Origin: Lingula anatina
Lineage: Eukaryota; Animalia; Brachiopoda
Direction of reading: 5' to 3'
DNA length: 64,000 nt
NCBI GenBank assembly: GCA_051362555.1
Contig: CM120640.1
Coordinates: 57,142,788 to 57,206,787, forward strand
The notes below the pieces were generated by a model, which saw nothing but the letters and a program-made list of their open reading frames with translations, did not search any database and had not been told where the DNA came from. Position 1 is the first letter of the stretch. Each line of letters begins with the position of its first letter. Of the stretch, positions 30,922 to 43,488 are shown in pieces. The translations under genes and the position numbers were made by a program.

Positions 30922-33900
30922 ATCCTGGCTGTTCATCATCATCAAGTATTTGACAGTTTAATCAGTCAGTGCAATTACTATATTCTTCAAAAGATTTAGT
31001 TAAAAAGTTCTCATTTATGATAGATCCATGTACTTGTATTACATTTACCTGTTAACTATTTTGTCTGTTCACTCTGTCCACTTTTTAACTATCAAAAACT
31101 GAGATCCAATGAAAATATTTTCACATTCAAAAGATTTGCCCCAGCACATTGCATGGTATTAGTAGTTTCTCAAATATTTAATTATTCATCTTTTAATTTA
31201 TATATTTTATGTCTGACCCATTAATTTATTCCTGGGTGTCCACAGTTTTGTGGAGCAGATATGCATATACTATAGAAAAATGCGCTCTGAAAGTTTGTGA
31301 AACATTTCGTTTTTTTTAATAGAAATAATGAAGTGCAGGGGTAATTTGTTATTTCTGACATGCACATGTTTATTTATATGGTTTATATGAAAGGTTTTTA
31401 AAAAATGTAATAAAAAACATTGCATTATGTTATTTGTGAACAAATTAACAGTCGCAATTTGGGGTATCATGAATACCCAAATTTATATTCTGTGAGTATT
31501 TTGGATACACATTGTCCTTAGACTATATGAGTTAGGAAAGGAACAAATCTATTACAACATGTGGCCTTAGTGTGAGAGTAGGCCACATTGTGCATGATGA
31601 TGTGCTTCTAATGACAACAGGCTATAAATAATGCAGCTTTTTCTCCTTTGTGTGCAGCAACAAGAAAGAAAAAAGTTAATAGACAAGCTGTGAAGAAAGT
31701 GTGACTAATCTCATTCCCACCTGGGGATTTATTTCCTGCTTGAATTCTCAAAACAATTTCTGACTGTTAAACCAGCAAGTTTAATCAGCTGGATTGCAGG
31801 ATGGTATTTTGGGACAGACTGTTTATGTTTAAGCCATAATCTTACAAACTATATATTCTCATGCCTGCAATAGGAATAGTTCCTTGTTCTGTTGCAATAA
31901 CTATCATTTATTTTCATTTATTTTATGAAAAGCAAGGATGCCAACAAGACTTTTAGTTAAAATATTTTTTGTGAAAAGAATTAGGGGAAGGGTTAATTTA
32001 CATACTGTAGGGTATACATCTACATGTGCGAGAACCTTCCAGGACTTAAAAAGAGTTTTTTTTTCTGAACAACGAAAATGCACATTTTTACTACCAAACA
32101 TGAGAAATGGTATAGATCCTAGATCACATTTTGGTTTAGAACTACCCTCTTCTGGCCAAATGGATGCATGGTTCTTGGGTCCCTGACCTGGCTCTCCCCT
32201 ATAGACATTGGATGTGAGACTCAGACACTATCAAAAAGTTAAATTGCAGTTTAAGGAATATTGTTTTACAGGTGTTTCCAATTTAAGGAAACTACACTCT
32301 GAGGTGGCAGATATTAAATCAAAACAACAGTTCCTGTGGCTAAGAAATGTCAAGTATCTCTGTGTAGACACATACAGTAGAATTGCTGTGTACATATGGT
32401 ACTTGGAAAATATCATACACGTATTTGCCTAAATTACAAACTCCTTGAACTTTATCTTACACATTGGATAGTGGAACTAGCTTTTAGCTTTGCAAAGACA
32501 AATTTGTTAAATGTATATATAATTTTTGAAAATATATATTTATTTACTGCTAGGTGGATCCTTGTTGATTGTCGTAATTAATCATTATTTTGTTTACAAT
32601 ATTTTTATATATACATTATCCTGTATTAACACATTATACATGCACCTACCTTATCTGTCTTGGAAGAAAATTTAGAAATCAAAATCTTTTTAAGCTTGGA
32701 AAATCAGATCTATTTGGCTATGAAATTGACATTTTTCAGTTTTTAATTATGTAGAGACCTGCTCCTTCTTACTAATGACTGCATTGTAAGACGGGTGCTT
32801 AGAGCAGTATTGTCTTTGTGGATTAGCTCTCTGTATGTTCTTACCTTACATTCCCTCAATAAAACAGAGGGGACAGCAGTACAAGTATATATATGCAAGC
32901 CTTAATTGCTCCTACATGTAGTTCAGTACTTAGAGAGGCTGTTACAATGAATGTATATACACACTCTATGTACCTCACAGTTTAGTTCCAGGACCAGCTT
33001 AAGTGAAGATAGTTTCTCGCTGATAACCATCACTGAAAAACCCCAGTGGTTGGATGATAGAACAACAGTCTTCTGGGTCCTTCAAACTTCTAAGAACCTC
33101 GTTAGTGTTCTAAGGTAAAATGATTTGATCAGTTAGTAGCCAACCCTGACTGCTTTCAATACCTTGTTAGTCGTCTGATAAATGAGCCTCAGTCATAACT
33201 TGGCATATGGGAACTTAGCGAAAAATATTTCAATAGTTGAAGAAGGAATAATCTGAGGGCAGCTGCAATGTTATTCTGTTGTGTTTAATCTGACAGATAA
33301 AAGCATACATTATTTAAGTGCTCTTACTGCTGAACTTTTGGTCAAATCAGTATCAACAAAGTGGGTTATACACCTGCTTCAAACAGTGTTAAGGAGACAT
33401 TTATCAGAACTAAATACACAGAAGAACAACTATGTGATCTCAAGATATTGCCAATTCTGTCACTTAGTGTGTGAACAGGGCTTGAATAGCAGAGATTGTG
33501 GAATTGTAAATTAAAACTGGCGTCAGAGGATTAGAGTAGGTTTCCTATCAACATCCAAATTTATCAAGATTTCAGCCTAACCAGGCTCAATTTAATTGGC
33601 CTCCAGTGAGAGAAATATTTTTTCTTCTCTGCAGTTTTACACAAAAAGTTTTTATTATCTTGATGAAAATTCATAACATCTTCAATGTTGAGTATTTATA
33701 GAATTTATGCCCCTCCTGTTTGCAGATAGGTAACTCACCTTTGCTAGTTGTTTAGGGTCCAGGTACCCAGGTGTGTTGTTCAGCTGCCCTTATGGACTCT
33801 GCATTCCTTCATTAGTTTTTGTTGATCAATTTAGTGTTATTCATGTGCAGTTCTTTGCCTCTCTCTCTCTCTCAACAATGTCCACTTCTTGAACTAGTGC

Positions 33901-35439
33901 TCTCTCCAACACTTCTGTCTTTGTTCACTGCTAACAGCTTGCTATCTTGATCAAGGTAATTTGATATAGCAGCTTTCACAACCTCAATCCTTATGTATAT
34001 TGAAATTCAGGATTTCTAGTAGATCACTGTTTGAAAAAATGATTAATGTGCCCTATCTTTTGTATAAAGAGAATGCTCCCTTTTTTTTGTACACAAATAT
34101 GGAGTGGCAGTTGTTTGGTTTTCAATTAATGTTATAATTGGTTTTAGTGGCTGACAAAAACTTTCTAGACATTTTGTGGAGTGTGGTTTTCATGATGTCT
34201 TGTCCAAACTATTTTGCAGCTGCCAAATCAGTTGGGGTTATCCTTCTTTCTTTTCTTTCTTTTTACATGCTTCTTGATACAAAAAAGTGATTTCATTATA
34301 GCAATTTTATGGTATTATCAGTTCAGTTCTTTTTAATATTTTATAATATGAAACCTTATTCATAGGTAAATGAGATGCACCTTTTGGTTTTTATATGCCA
34401 TTTTACTGTTATTGTTTATATAAGTATGCCCTGCTTTTGCTGAAATAAAACATTTAAAAGACTGTTCAGTGACCTTTGAAAAGTTTTTTTTTATGTAATA
34501 AATATGTAAAATAAAATCCATTTGAAAGTACTCTGTAATTATACATAAAAGTAATCATGTCATGCTAAACTAATGTAAATACACTAAGTCACATCTGGCC
34601 CATTTGAATTAATATTACCAAAAGTGATAGGTTATGGCTATTGTATGAGTGAAATGAAGAACATAGACATGTAGTCACTGTAAGTGCATTTTCTTCTTCT
34701 GAAATATGTAGAACATTTAGCAGTGCATGTGGTTCATTCTGTTGTTTGAATTTATAAAACACAAGTGTGGTACTTTCAAGTGTGATATTGCCTTTTGCTA
34801 CATATCTTTTCAAATAATTGTGTTAGTTGTATTCAGATGTCGGACTGTGTCTGGATGTGATACATTTTGACTTAATATTTTTGACATGAATAATAGCTTA
34901 TAGGATTTCCTACTAGCACAAAGAATTAAATTATCATCTCCTAAAGGTACATAACGAACTGTTTCACCTGTACTGATGAGCACTCTCAAAGCAGTGATAA
35001 AAAACCCCAAAGTGTAAGGTAAAAAAATTCTAATATGTGTCTAGTTAATTAATCATAGACTTCAATAAATGAGCCACTAGGGGGCTTCTCTTCTGAACTT
35101 GCCAGGTTTCTATCTTTTATTTCTAAAACGATGTTTTATTGCACCAGATTACCTCTGAAATTTCATGATTACCCATGAAAAAGAATACTATCTTTATAAA
35201 ATGTCATATTTGTTTCTTTTCTTGATATCTACATTTCATTGACAGTGTATAATGAGTCAAATTTAGATGGCTACTAATTGCATCAAATGTTAAAAATAGA
35301 TCAGTACAAGTTTCAACGGCTGATGCCAGCAGAGCCTAGTGAGCACGCAAAGCGATGGGACAAGGCTTCTCCCAGTGATCTGTCCAGCTGTCATTTGGAT
35401 AGCCTCCAGCATCACTGGACAGCCTATATTTTCCAAGAA

Positions 35440-35722
35440 GGCCAAATGGCTTACAATTTTTTTGAAAATACACTACCCAGGCCTGGCTGCCTTTGAAAGC
35501 AAACTGACATTGAAGGTTACGAAAAAGAGTCTTAACCATTCCTAGCACAGTATATTTATAAGAAAAGATTCAGGCTTTAGGTGTCCACTCTGTACCAGGG
35601 ACTGCCACTCCTGTATTAGACCTTTCAGCCATACTTGGCACTGCAATATCAGGACAAATGACCCAACACATAGTGCAAATCTTTGGAGACTGACTGTCCC
35701 ATTGATGATGAGGAGGATGATA
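35440..35722 (+). mobile_element. 3' relic of an RTE (BovB-like) LINE
   Basis: Degenerate GLAAFESKL...FRCPLCTRDCHSCIRPFSHTWHC C-terminal zinc-finger-like motif, followed by a short UTR and (GAT)n-like tail. Confidence 0.6.
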
Positions 35723-36749
35723 ACTGAAAGTAAGGCAGAGACAAAAGAAATACTTAGCTTATAATATTTTTAAAACAGTATTTATTGTATCACAGACAGA
35801 CAGATTCACTGATTCTCTTTACCACTTTGCTAGAAAAGGTATCCCCTGTATCTGTTTCTGTTCCTTAGAGTTGCATTTTCTGGTAGGATTCACTGGCTGA
35901 CACATCCTTTTCCATTTTAATTGGAAAACAAATGTCAGCTGTGATTGGAGCAGAGAAATGATACTATGCAGACAAACTAGTTCTGTTCAAATAGGCATGA
36001 TATTATACATCGCATCCTGGTGTGGTGTAACTCTGGCTTGAAGAGCTGCACCAAAAAAGAAAACTTCTTTTCTCTTTTAGGTTATATGCAACTCTTTTAT
36101 GGCATTCTGTACAAATGGGGTCCCTGAGAAACCCTTCTATCATCAAAGAGTTGTATAGTGTGATCTCCTTACAATATACACTATAGATGGCAGCTAGTGA
36201 TTGTAATCTGTGTTCACTTCCAAGCAGATGCCATATATTGATTCTTATTTAATGAAAATGGGTAAGTAAAAATATATCTTTTTAAATTTTGATGAATGCA
36301 CCATAAGTGATGGATGTTATTTGGCAGTGTGTTGGGGGAGGAGGGTGGTGGATAAACAAACATTTTTGGTTTCCATTGTTGATTATCTTTGATTTATATA
36401 TTTCATTTTATTATTTGGTTACAAGTGTGCTGATTATTTATTCTACAGTGTTTGTAGAGACCATCTCAGAACATCACATTTTTGGAAGCAAAACTCTTTT
36501 ATAAAGGAAACCTGATAGTAACCTATAAATATTTTGTTAGAGATTTTCTTTGCTTGAAAAGTAACATTTTAATTAAAAGTTTGTCCGAAAGGTAATCCAT
36601 TTGATCAAGCTATGTCACAAGTTCATTTATGTGCCTGTTTCATTAGATATGACTAGTTTAGTGATTGTTCATCACTTAATTAGTGAAAAGGTAGTTAACC
36701 AGGCAAGTTGCGTGGTGTTAGGTAAATAATGAAATGCTCAATATAACAA

Positions 36750-38250
36750 TTACTTGAGTTGAAATCCACGACAAAAAATTAAAGAATTAAAAAATTAAAG
36801 AAATACAAAGGTGCTGGTGTTAACAAGTAAAATACCAGTAAATTGGCACCATTATTAACAGAGGAGATATTATCTCTGTTAATAATGGTGCCAATTTATT
36901 TAAAATTGTTTAATATGGTCCTTAATACTGGTATTTTACCAGAAGCATGGCAAATAGGCACTATTCCAGTTAATAAGAAATAAGGACATTTTTAATTATC
37001 TAAGGAACTACCGACTAATCCCTTTACATAATTACCTGGGCATATTATTCACTTCAATATTATATAAAAGATTAACCAATAATTTTCTTTGATAATTTTC
37101 TGTTATGAGAAAATTTAAACAGGTTTCAGTGCCAACTATTCAACCATTGATTATTTATTTACTTTAACTACCCTGATAGGTCTCTCACTTGCATAAAAAA
37201 GAAATGATATATTGTGCTTGTAAAGATTTCAAAGCCATTTTCGATAAAATATGGAGAACAGGGCTATGGTGGAAACTAATGAATCAAAATGTAAATAGGA
37301 ATGACCAATGTATGACCATCATTGTACATATATATAATGATTTTAAAAATCTAGAATATTACTAGATGGTGAATTATCAGAATACTTCCCAAGCAAAATT
37401 AGAGTACAATAGGGTAAAAACAGGTGCGCTTCTATATTCCAAGGGTCCCCTATTCCAAGGGTCCACTATTCCAAAGGCCCCTTACTCTGAAGGTCTGCTA
37501 TTACAAAGGTACCGATATTGTGCAAACATCACAAAGATAGAAAATTCTTGCAGCAGAGACAGCAAATTGGCACAGGAGAGATTATGAGTACACATATAGA
37601 GCTTACCAAATGTATTTTGCATTTTATAAATGTATATAAAAATACAAAATAAATATATTGCTGTATATATTAAAATTATTAAATAAAATATTAGTTAAAT
37701 AACATCTAGTTAAATAACAATGCTCCAAATAAATACGAAAGCGAGTTAATGGAGCATGAAATCCATACACAAAACACACCAATGTGAGCATACCTGGTGT
37801 TAAAAAAAAAAATAAAGGATTGATGGTTAAATGAGCTTCTTTGACAAGGAACTCAAGGAGCTCAACTATTACAATTGGTTTAAGAGTAGTTATCACGTTT
37901 AATAACATTTTTCAGAATAGCAGACCTTCGGAAGAGCAGACCTTTATAATACTGATCGATTTCAGATCAAATCTTTTTGATCGATTTCAGATCAAATCTT
38001 TTTAAGGTTTGGGCAGAACCTTGGAATAGCAAACTCCCATGAAAACATATCTCCTATTCTGTTTTTAGTATTTTAAATGACCTTGAAGAATTTCTAATGA
38101 AAAAGATCTTACGTGCTGATCATAAGTATCGGGTGACGTACTGAGTCTGAGCTATTTTTGAAAATAATGATTTTACTGTATGGAATATGATACTGCTCTC
38201 CTTGAAGACTCAAAAGAAAATTTGCAGTATCAACTTAAAGGGATAATAAC
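36750..38250 (+). mobile_element. Degenerate LINE RT relic (RTEX-like), interrupted at ~37422-38038
   Basis: Broken frames: PIYLKLFNMVLNTGILPEAW, NYR, QTGF..NYSTID, DF..FDKIWRTGLW.KL, GVK(Q)G / ENISPILF, YDTALL...LQ. Confidence 0.7.
37422..38038. mobile_element. Non-autonomous DNA element with inverted terminal arrays of 15-bp repeats
   Basis: ctattccaagggtcc repeats on the left, ccttggaatagc / ccttcggaagagc on the right; splits the LINE GVKQG-ENISP motif. Confidence 0.6.
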
Positions 38251-39028
38251 TCTCCGTATGAGATCTATATTTCACAATAAAAACATTGTGAACAACTCAC
38301 AGAAATATAATATATTCTGTTGTACCACAAAAACGGCAGTTATAGCTATTATTCTGATAATTGAGCTTGTCTTTAGACCACGTGACCTCCATTGATGGCT
38401 TTACTCTTTTAGAAAAAAAAAAACAGGGACTAATTCTGAACATAAAAATGGATTCATTAACCATTCCTAAGTATGGGAAAATTGCTGTTTACTCCAGGAA
38501 AATTCATTTTTTGGCCAAAACAGTTATTATCCCTTTGACCTATTGCCAGATGTGGAAGAAGTAAATGCTGAAAAAAAAAGGAGAATAATGGTGGTTTCTG
38601 AGGGTCATTCTAAAAGAAGGATTTTAAAATTTACTTTAATACAACACAGATTGTCTTAATAGCTTTATTGCTTCTTTACGTAGGTTGAAGGTATTACAAA
38701 CAATTAGGAGACTATTGCAGATGTCACAAGTAATGGATTTCTTGATCTCTTTGCTTTCTATCAAAAACAAATAGGGCTCACTATTTACCACATACTATTA
38801 TGAACATAACTGCTGTTTCCACATGGTTGTTACAGAATTACCGCTGTTTTCCCCTCCTTTACTTTTTCCCCACAACCCACTGATAAATGTCATATGTAAC
38901 ACTCCTGATAATGATATGTTATCTGTTTTCTGACATGCTTACATGTACAATTTTACCCACTTGCTGCTGATGAAAAAACACTGTTTCGATGACTGAAATG
39001 CAAAATGGGGAAAAATAAGTATGTAAAG

Positions 39029-39119
<91 letters not shown>
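39029..39119. repeat. (A)n(TA)n(GA)n compound microsatellite
   Basis: Direct reading. Confidence 0.95.
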
Positions 39120-39120
<1 letters not shown>

Positions 39121-39166
39121 AACCCTGTGTCTCTTGGAAATTTGTAAGCAATTTAATCTACGCTTT

Positions 39167-39386
39167 GAGACCATTCCCACAGATATTTAGATCGATCTAT
39201 CTCTCTGGGGAATCTCACTAGATTGCTGTCAGCAACCGACTGTGTCTGTCCCACCTACTAAAAGCTGTGAGGGGTAATTAACATTTGTGCGCGCTCAGCT
39301 CCTGGAAGCTGACAGCAATTTAGAGTGAATTCCCAAGGAGTTAGGTCGATCCAGATGGATCTATCTAAATCTGTGGGAACCCAGTC
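39167..39386. mobile_element. Harbinger-like MITE family A
   Basis: ttcccacagat ... atctgtgggaa TIR; internal homology to other copies. Confidence 0.75.
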
Positions 39387-40997
39387 TTAGGCAGTGGACA
39401 ATGTTTCCACTCTGCAGTAGCTCAGCTTAGCATCTACGTGCTAAACACTTGTTACATAGCCTGTCTTTGCTTATCTATCTGCTGAAACAAGTCTCTTGGT
39501 TAGGAACATGCTCAGCTGTCACCTTGATTGGAACTCGACTGCCAATTTTTTTCATTCTCCCTCGAAAAATGCTCATATGAACTTTTAGCAGGTGTAATAA
39601 TTTTCAAGCCACTTCTAGCTCTATGACACTTGCCAATCCTGTACATATTGGAAAAGTAATCATGTACATGCTTGTATTTTATCACATTTATTACAATGAT
39701 ATGACTAGAGAAAAAAGGCACTACCCACACTCCAAATGCCTATGTGTGTGTAGTTTCAAACTGGACTGGTTACTTGAAAGAGAATGAAATTTACCAACTA
39801 AAAAGGGACTAAACACTGTATGTACATTATCATTTTTAACTGTAAAGTCTAATACTGGCATGGAAATAATAACACCTGCAAAAAAATTAAACCAGTTGAT
39901 CGAGCATGTTGGAGGAAATTATTTCTGAACAAAATCACACTGAAAATGGTGGTCAACTCCCATGGACTTTTGAGCATGCCCATGTGAAACTTTTGAAGTG
40001 TTTTTTTTTTAATTATTATTTAATGCATATGTTGGGCTCAGAGTTACAAACAAATAGCTGGATGATGTATCATGGGCTATTAAGGTGAGGCAGTTTGTTT
40101 GAGGGCAATCTGATGGCTATTTCTATTTAATTTCTATTTTTATTGCGGGTTGACGCATTTTGTTTAAGGAACACTTGCCATATACATATGGCGGTTTTTA
40201 TTAAAAACTTCTAAAAAATACTTACCCAGTGTAGATCCTTTCTCTTCCTTTTTTATCATGTTAGACTGGTGTGGTGTTTTAAAGTCATTGTCTGTGGTTT
40301 TCTAGTTTCATTGACTGATCAAGGTGACAGCTATATCGAGTACAGCAAATCAAATATATGCTGCATCGACCAACAGTGCAACAAAGAGCGTCATGGGAAA
40401 AGAATTCCTGCGAGGCTATAAATTGTTGTCATCTGGAATTTTTGCATGAATGTAATCTGATATGCCCATGTCTTATTATTTTTGGGTGTTTTATGGTATG
40501 TGCTGCAATTATAAGGATGTTTTAGAACAAATATAATTCAAAACAAATTGACTGCAAATTAAGCACGATTTTGCACCTTAAAGTATCGTAGCACGTTTTC
40601 ATATAATGTACCTTATATTTCTACAAGTATTTTCTGCCCAAAATACCAAAAGAAAAATGTTATCTATGTTGTTAGAAAAACTGCTTTTTTCTCTGAGCCC
40701 ACATCTTCATTCCCGTTCACCTCCAGCTAAAAATGACCACTCAGCTTCAGATCTTACACCACTTGACGTCACATGACATCACACTTCTGGCACAATCCTG
40801 TCTCCTCCGGCACAATCCTGTCTCCTCCAGTACCCTCTATTACCAACCCTACACATAATTATCCTTGAGTTTTCACCACAGGGTCACAGTTAAGAAATTT
40901 GCCATGAATTACTCAATCTGTGGCCCTGGTAGAGGGTAGCATGATACCTTTTGCACAACCAACTAGATGATTTAAACCTTGAAACAAAGGGTCATTT

Positions 40998-41170
40998 GGA
41001 TTCACACATTGTACTAGCTGGGTCGGTCCAACTTTATCAGCACACGATAGTTAATTACCCCTAGCTGCTTGAGGAAGCATGTCAGACAAGCTGATTCTAC
41101 TGATTGAACTTTAGCAAGAATCCCCTGCAGAGTTCGACTGACCCAGCTAGTATGGGATGTGTGAAACTGA
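40998..41170. mobile_element. Diverged MITE, possibly related to family A
   Basis: tactagctgggtc / gacccagctagta inverted repeat; internal gttaattacccc. Confidence 0.5.
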
Positions 41171-41369
41171 ATGCTGTCTTTGAAGGCATGCATGCATGCA
41201 TGGATGTACACATATTAACATGCTACTCATGGCTAATGTGCCACATTGAGTCCCATTCAGTTGTATAATTAAATTTTGTTTCATTAAACTTACAGTTAAG
41301 AGCATCAGTACCAATAAAAACATCCTTAATAATTGGTACAGATATCTTACATCATATATGATTTCTTTT

Positions 41370-41576
41370 AGATTTAGATCGATCTAAAGATTAAGATTTA
41401 GATCGACCTAACTCCCTGGGGGTTCACGCTAAATTGCAGTCAGCCGAGCGGGCACCATAGTTAATTACCCCCTCACAGCTTTTAGTAGGTGGGACAGACG
41501 CTTAAGCCGGCCAACAGTAATCTAGTGAGACTCCCCACAGGGATAGATCGATCTAAAAATCTATGGAAATGGGGTG
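41370..41576. mobile_element. Harbinger-like MITE family A (left end missing)
   Basis: Nearly identical to 43265-43488. Confidence 0.8.
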
Positions 41577-43264
41577 TTTGTGCCATATAATGTGGCTGTT
41601 ATGTTAGATTGTAGTGCTGATAATCACCTTACCAACTTGGCTGTGGCAGTTTTTAGATGTGATGTGTGGTGGGTTTGTAACCATGGTCATGCATCCGTGG
41701 CAGCAATGTTTAGATTATATGTTTCTTTGTGGTCAGACATTAGCCTTAGTGACTTTGCTTTTGTTCAAGCACATTGATCAACTATGGTTTCATGAAGGGT
41801 AAGCATCAAGGTATACAAAATATAAATGAGTTTGTTTTTAACAAAATTATCATGCTTTTTGGATTAACAATTTCACATTTTAAGACTTCTGTTTGGTTAC
41901 TTAGTAACTGCATGTAATGTACATGCCAGTTTTTCAAGATTGGCTCTGTGGTCTCATGGACTTAGGTCTAGACCTAAGATTTTTGATGTGGCCTACCCAG
42001 TATGTAGTTTATATGATTTTTGTGAAAACTGCCATATATTATATCTTACTTAGTTGATAATTTATAATTGTATTTTATTTATTTATTATTTATTTTTATT
42101 TATGTTTTGCAGTTCTGAGTAGAAAAATATAAGATAACTAATATTTATTGCATTTTGAGGCTTGACATTGTTATATAGTCATGCAGCTGATGTTTATTAT
42201 CAAAGGAAATACAGTGTAAGCTAGAATTAAGACTGGCATACAGGTACATGTAGCTACAGTTTTAAAACATGCTTTCCCTGTAATAGTTTACATCTTGTCT
42301 ATTATACTCATATATAATGATCAGGAAAAGTATTTATTCCTTATATCCGCTAAATGATAAGTACAATAATACAAATTATATCATCCAGAGACGTAGAGAT
42401 AATACATGTTGTATTAGCATGATTAGAGCTGGGAATTAGCCAGTGTAAAATTTCAGTTCGTGAGGTATATGACAAGATCTTGAAGACAATTTGTTAGCAT
42501 GTCTCTAAATGCAGATGGTTAACACATACAGTAGAACACAGTTGTGTTAAGGCATTCATGTACTTCCTAATATGTACATGTCTTACAGTCTTACATTGAC
42601 TGGCAATAGGGCAGGTGTCATAGTGCAGTCAGAACCATCAGAACACAAGGTACAGTAACTCTCATTAGGTGAAGTACGTACTAGTAGGTATCATTGCTTA
42701 TTACTTGCAAAAAAAAATTGCAGATCTATTGGTTTGCTCATGTGTGCATTTGTTTATAAGCTTGTTTGTGGTCATTTTTTTTATTCTGTGATAGATGTCA
42801 CAATTTTAAGAGATTTTTGCTTAAAATTTTTTTGTAGATTATTTATAGATCTCAGATGAATTGATTTGATTTTCATAAGGATCATGTTTCCTGATTATAT
42901 GTAAAAATCCTGATTTACTATCTATAAATTTACTGCCCACTGATTTAGTATCTATATATAAATTTACTTTTCTAGTTTAACTTAGCAAATAGGATTTATT
43001 CTGTGTGACAAAAGGCACTCCATTGTGAATTGCAGCAACTGCCATGTGTGCATTACCAAATAATGTACTAGTAGGCCTTTTCCATGTGTGGAAATGGTCA
43101 TATGATCAACAGTGGAAACTCAACTGGCACTCATTTTGAAATATGTTTGTCAAATGTTTATAATGTCTAGAGCTTTTGTTGTCTGAATACTTGTTTAAAG
43201 AAAAAGCTAAGAAATACAGATCAAACGCTGCTCAGTAGGAAGCAAGCTGGTGGACAGTATTAAA

Positions 43265-43488
43265 GGGTGCTTTCCCAGAGATTTAGATCGATCTAGAGAT
43301 TAAGATTTAGATCGACCTAACTCCCTGGGGGTTCACGCTAAATTGCAGTCAGCCGAGCGGGCACCATAGTTAATTACCCCCTTACAGCTTTTAGTAGGCG
43401 GGACAGACGCTTAAGCCGGCCAAGCTGACAGTAATCTAGTGACTCCCCACAGGGATAGATCGATCTAAAAATCTATGGAAATGGGGTG
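43265..43488. mobile_element. Harbinger-like MITE family A
   Basis: AAA|gggtgctttccc ... ggaaatggggtg|AAA, 3-bp TSD. Confidence 0.8.

Noticed and set aside
32980-34030. Possible very old LINE remnants (also ~49200-49500 and ~62960-63240)
   Set aside because: Composition is suggestive, but no motif could be read with confidence without an HMM search.
35336-35548. ORF resembling a pogo/CENP-B HTH (FKGSQAW..F)
   Set aside because: The opposite strand matches an RTE LINE C-terminus and tail better; no DDE domain or TIRs were found.
38919-39190. Overlapping low-complexity ORFs
   Set aside because: Microsatellite translations.
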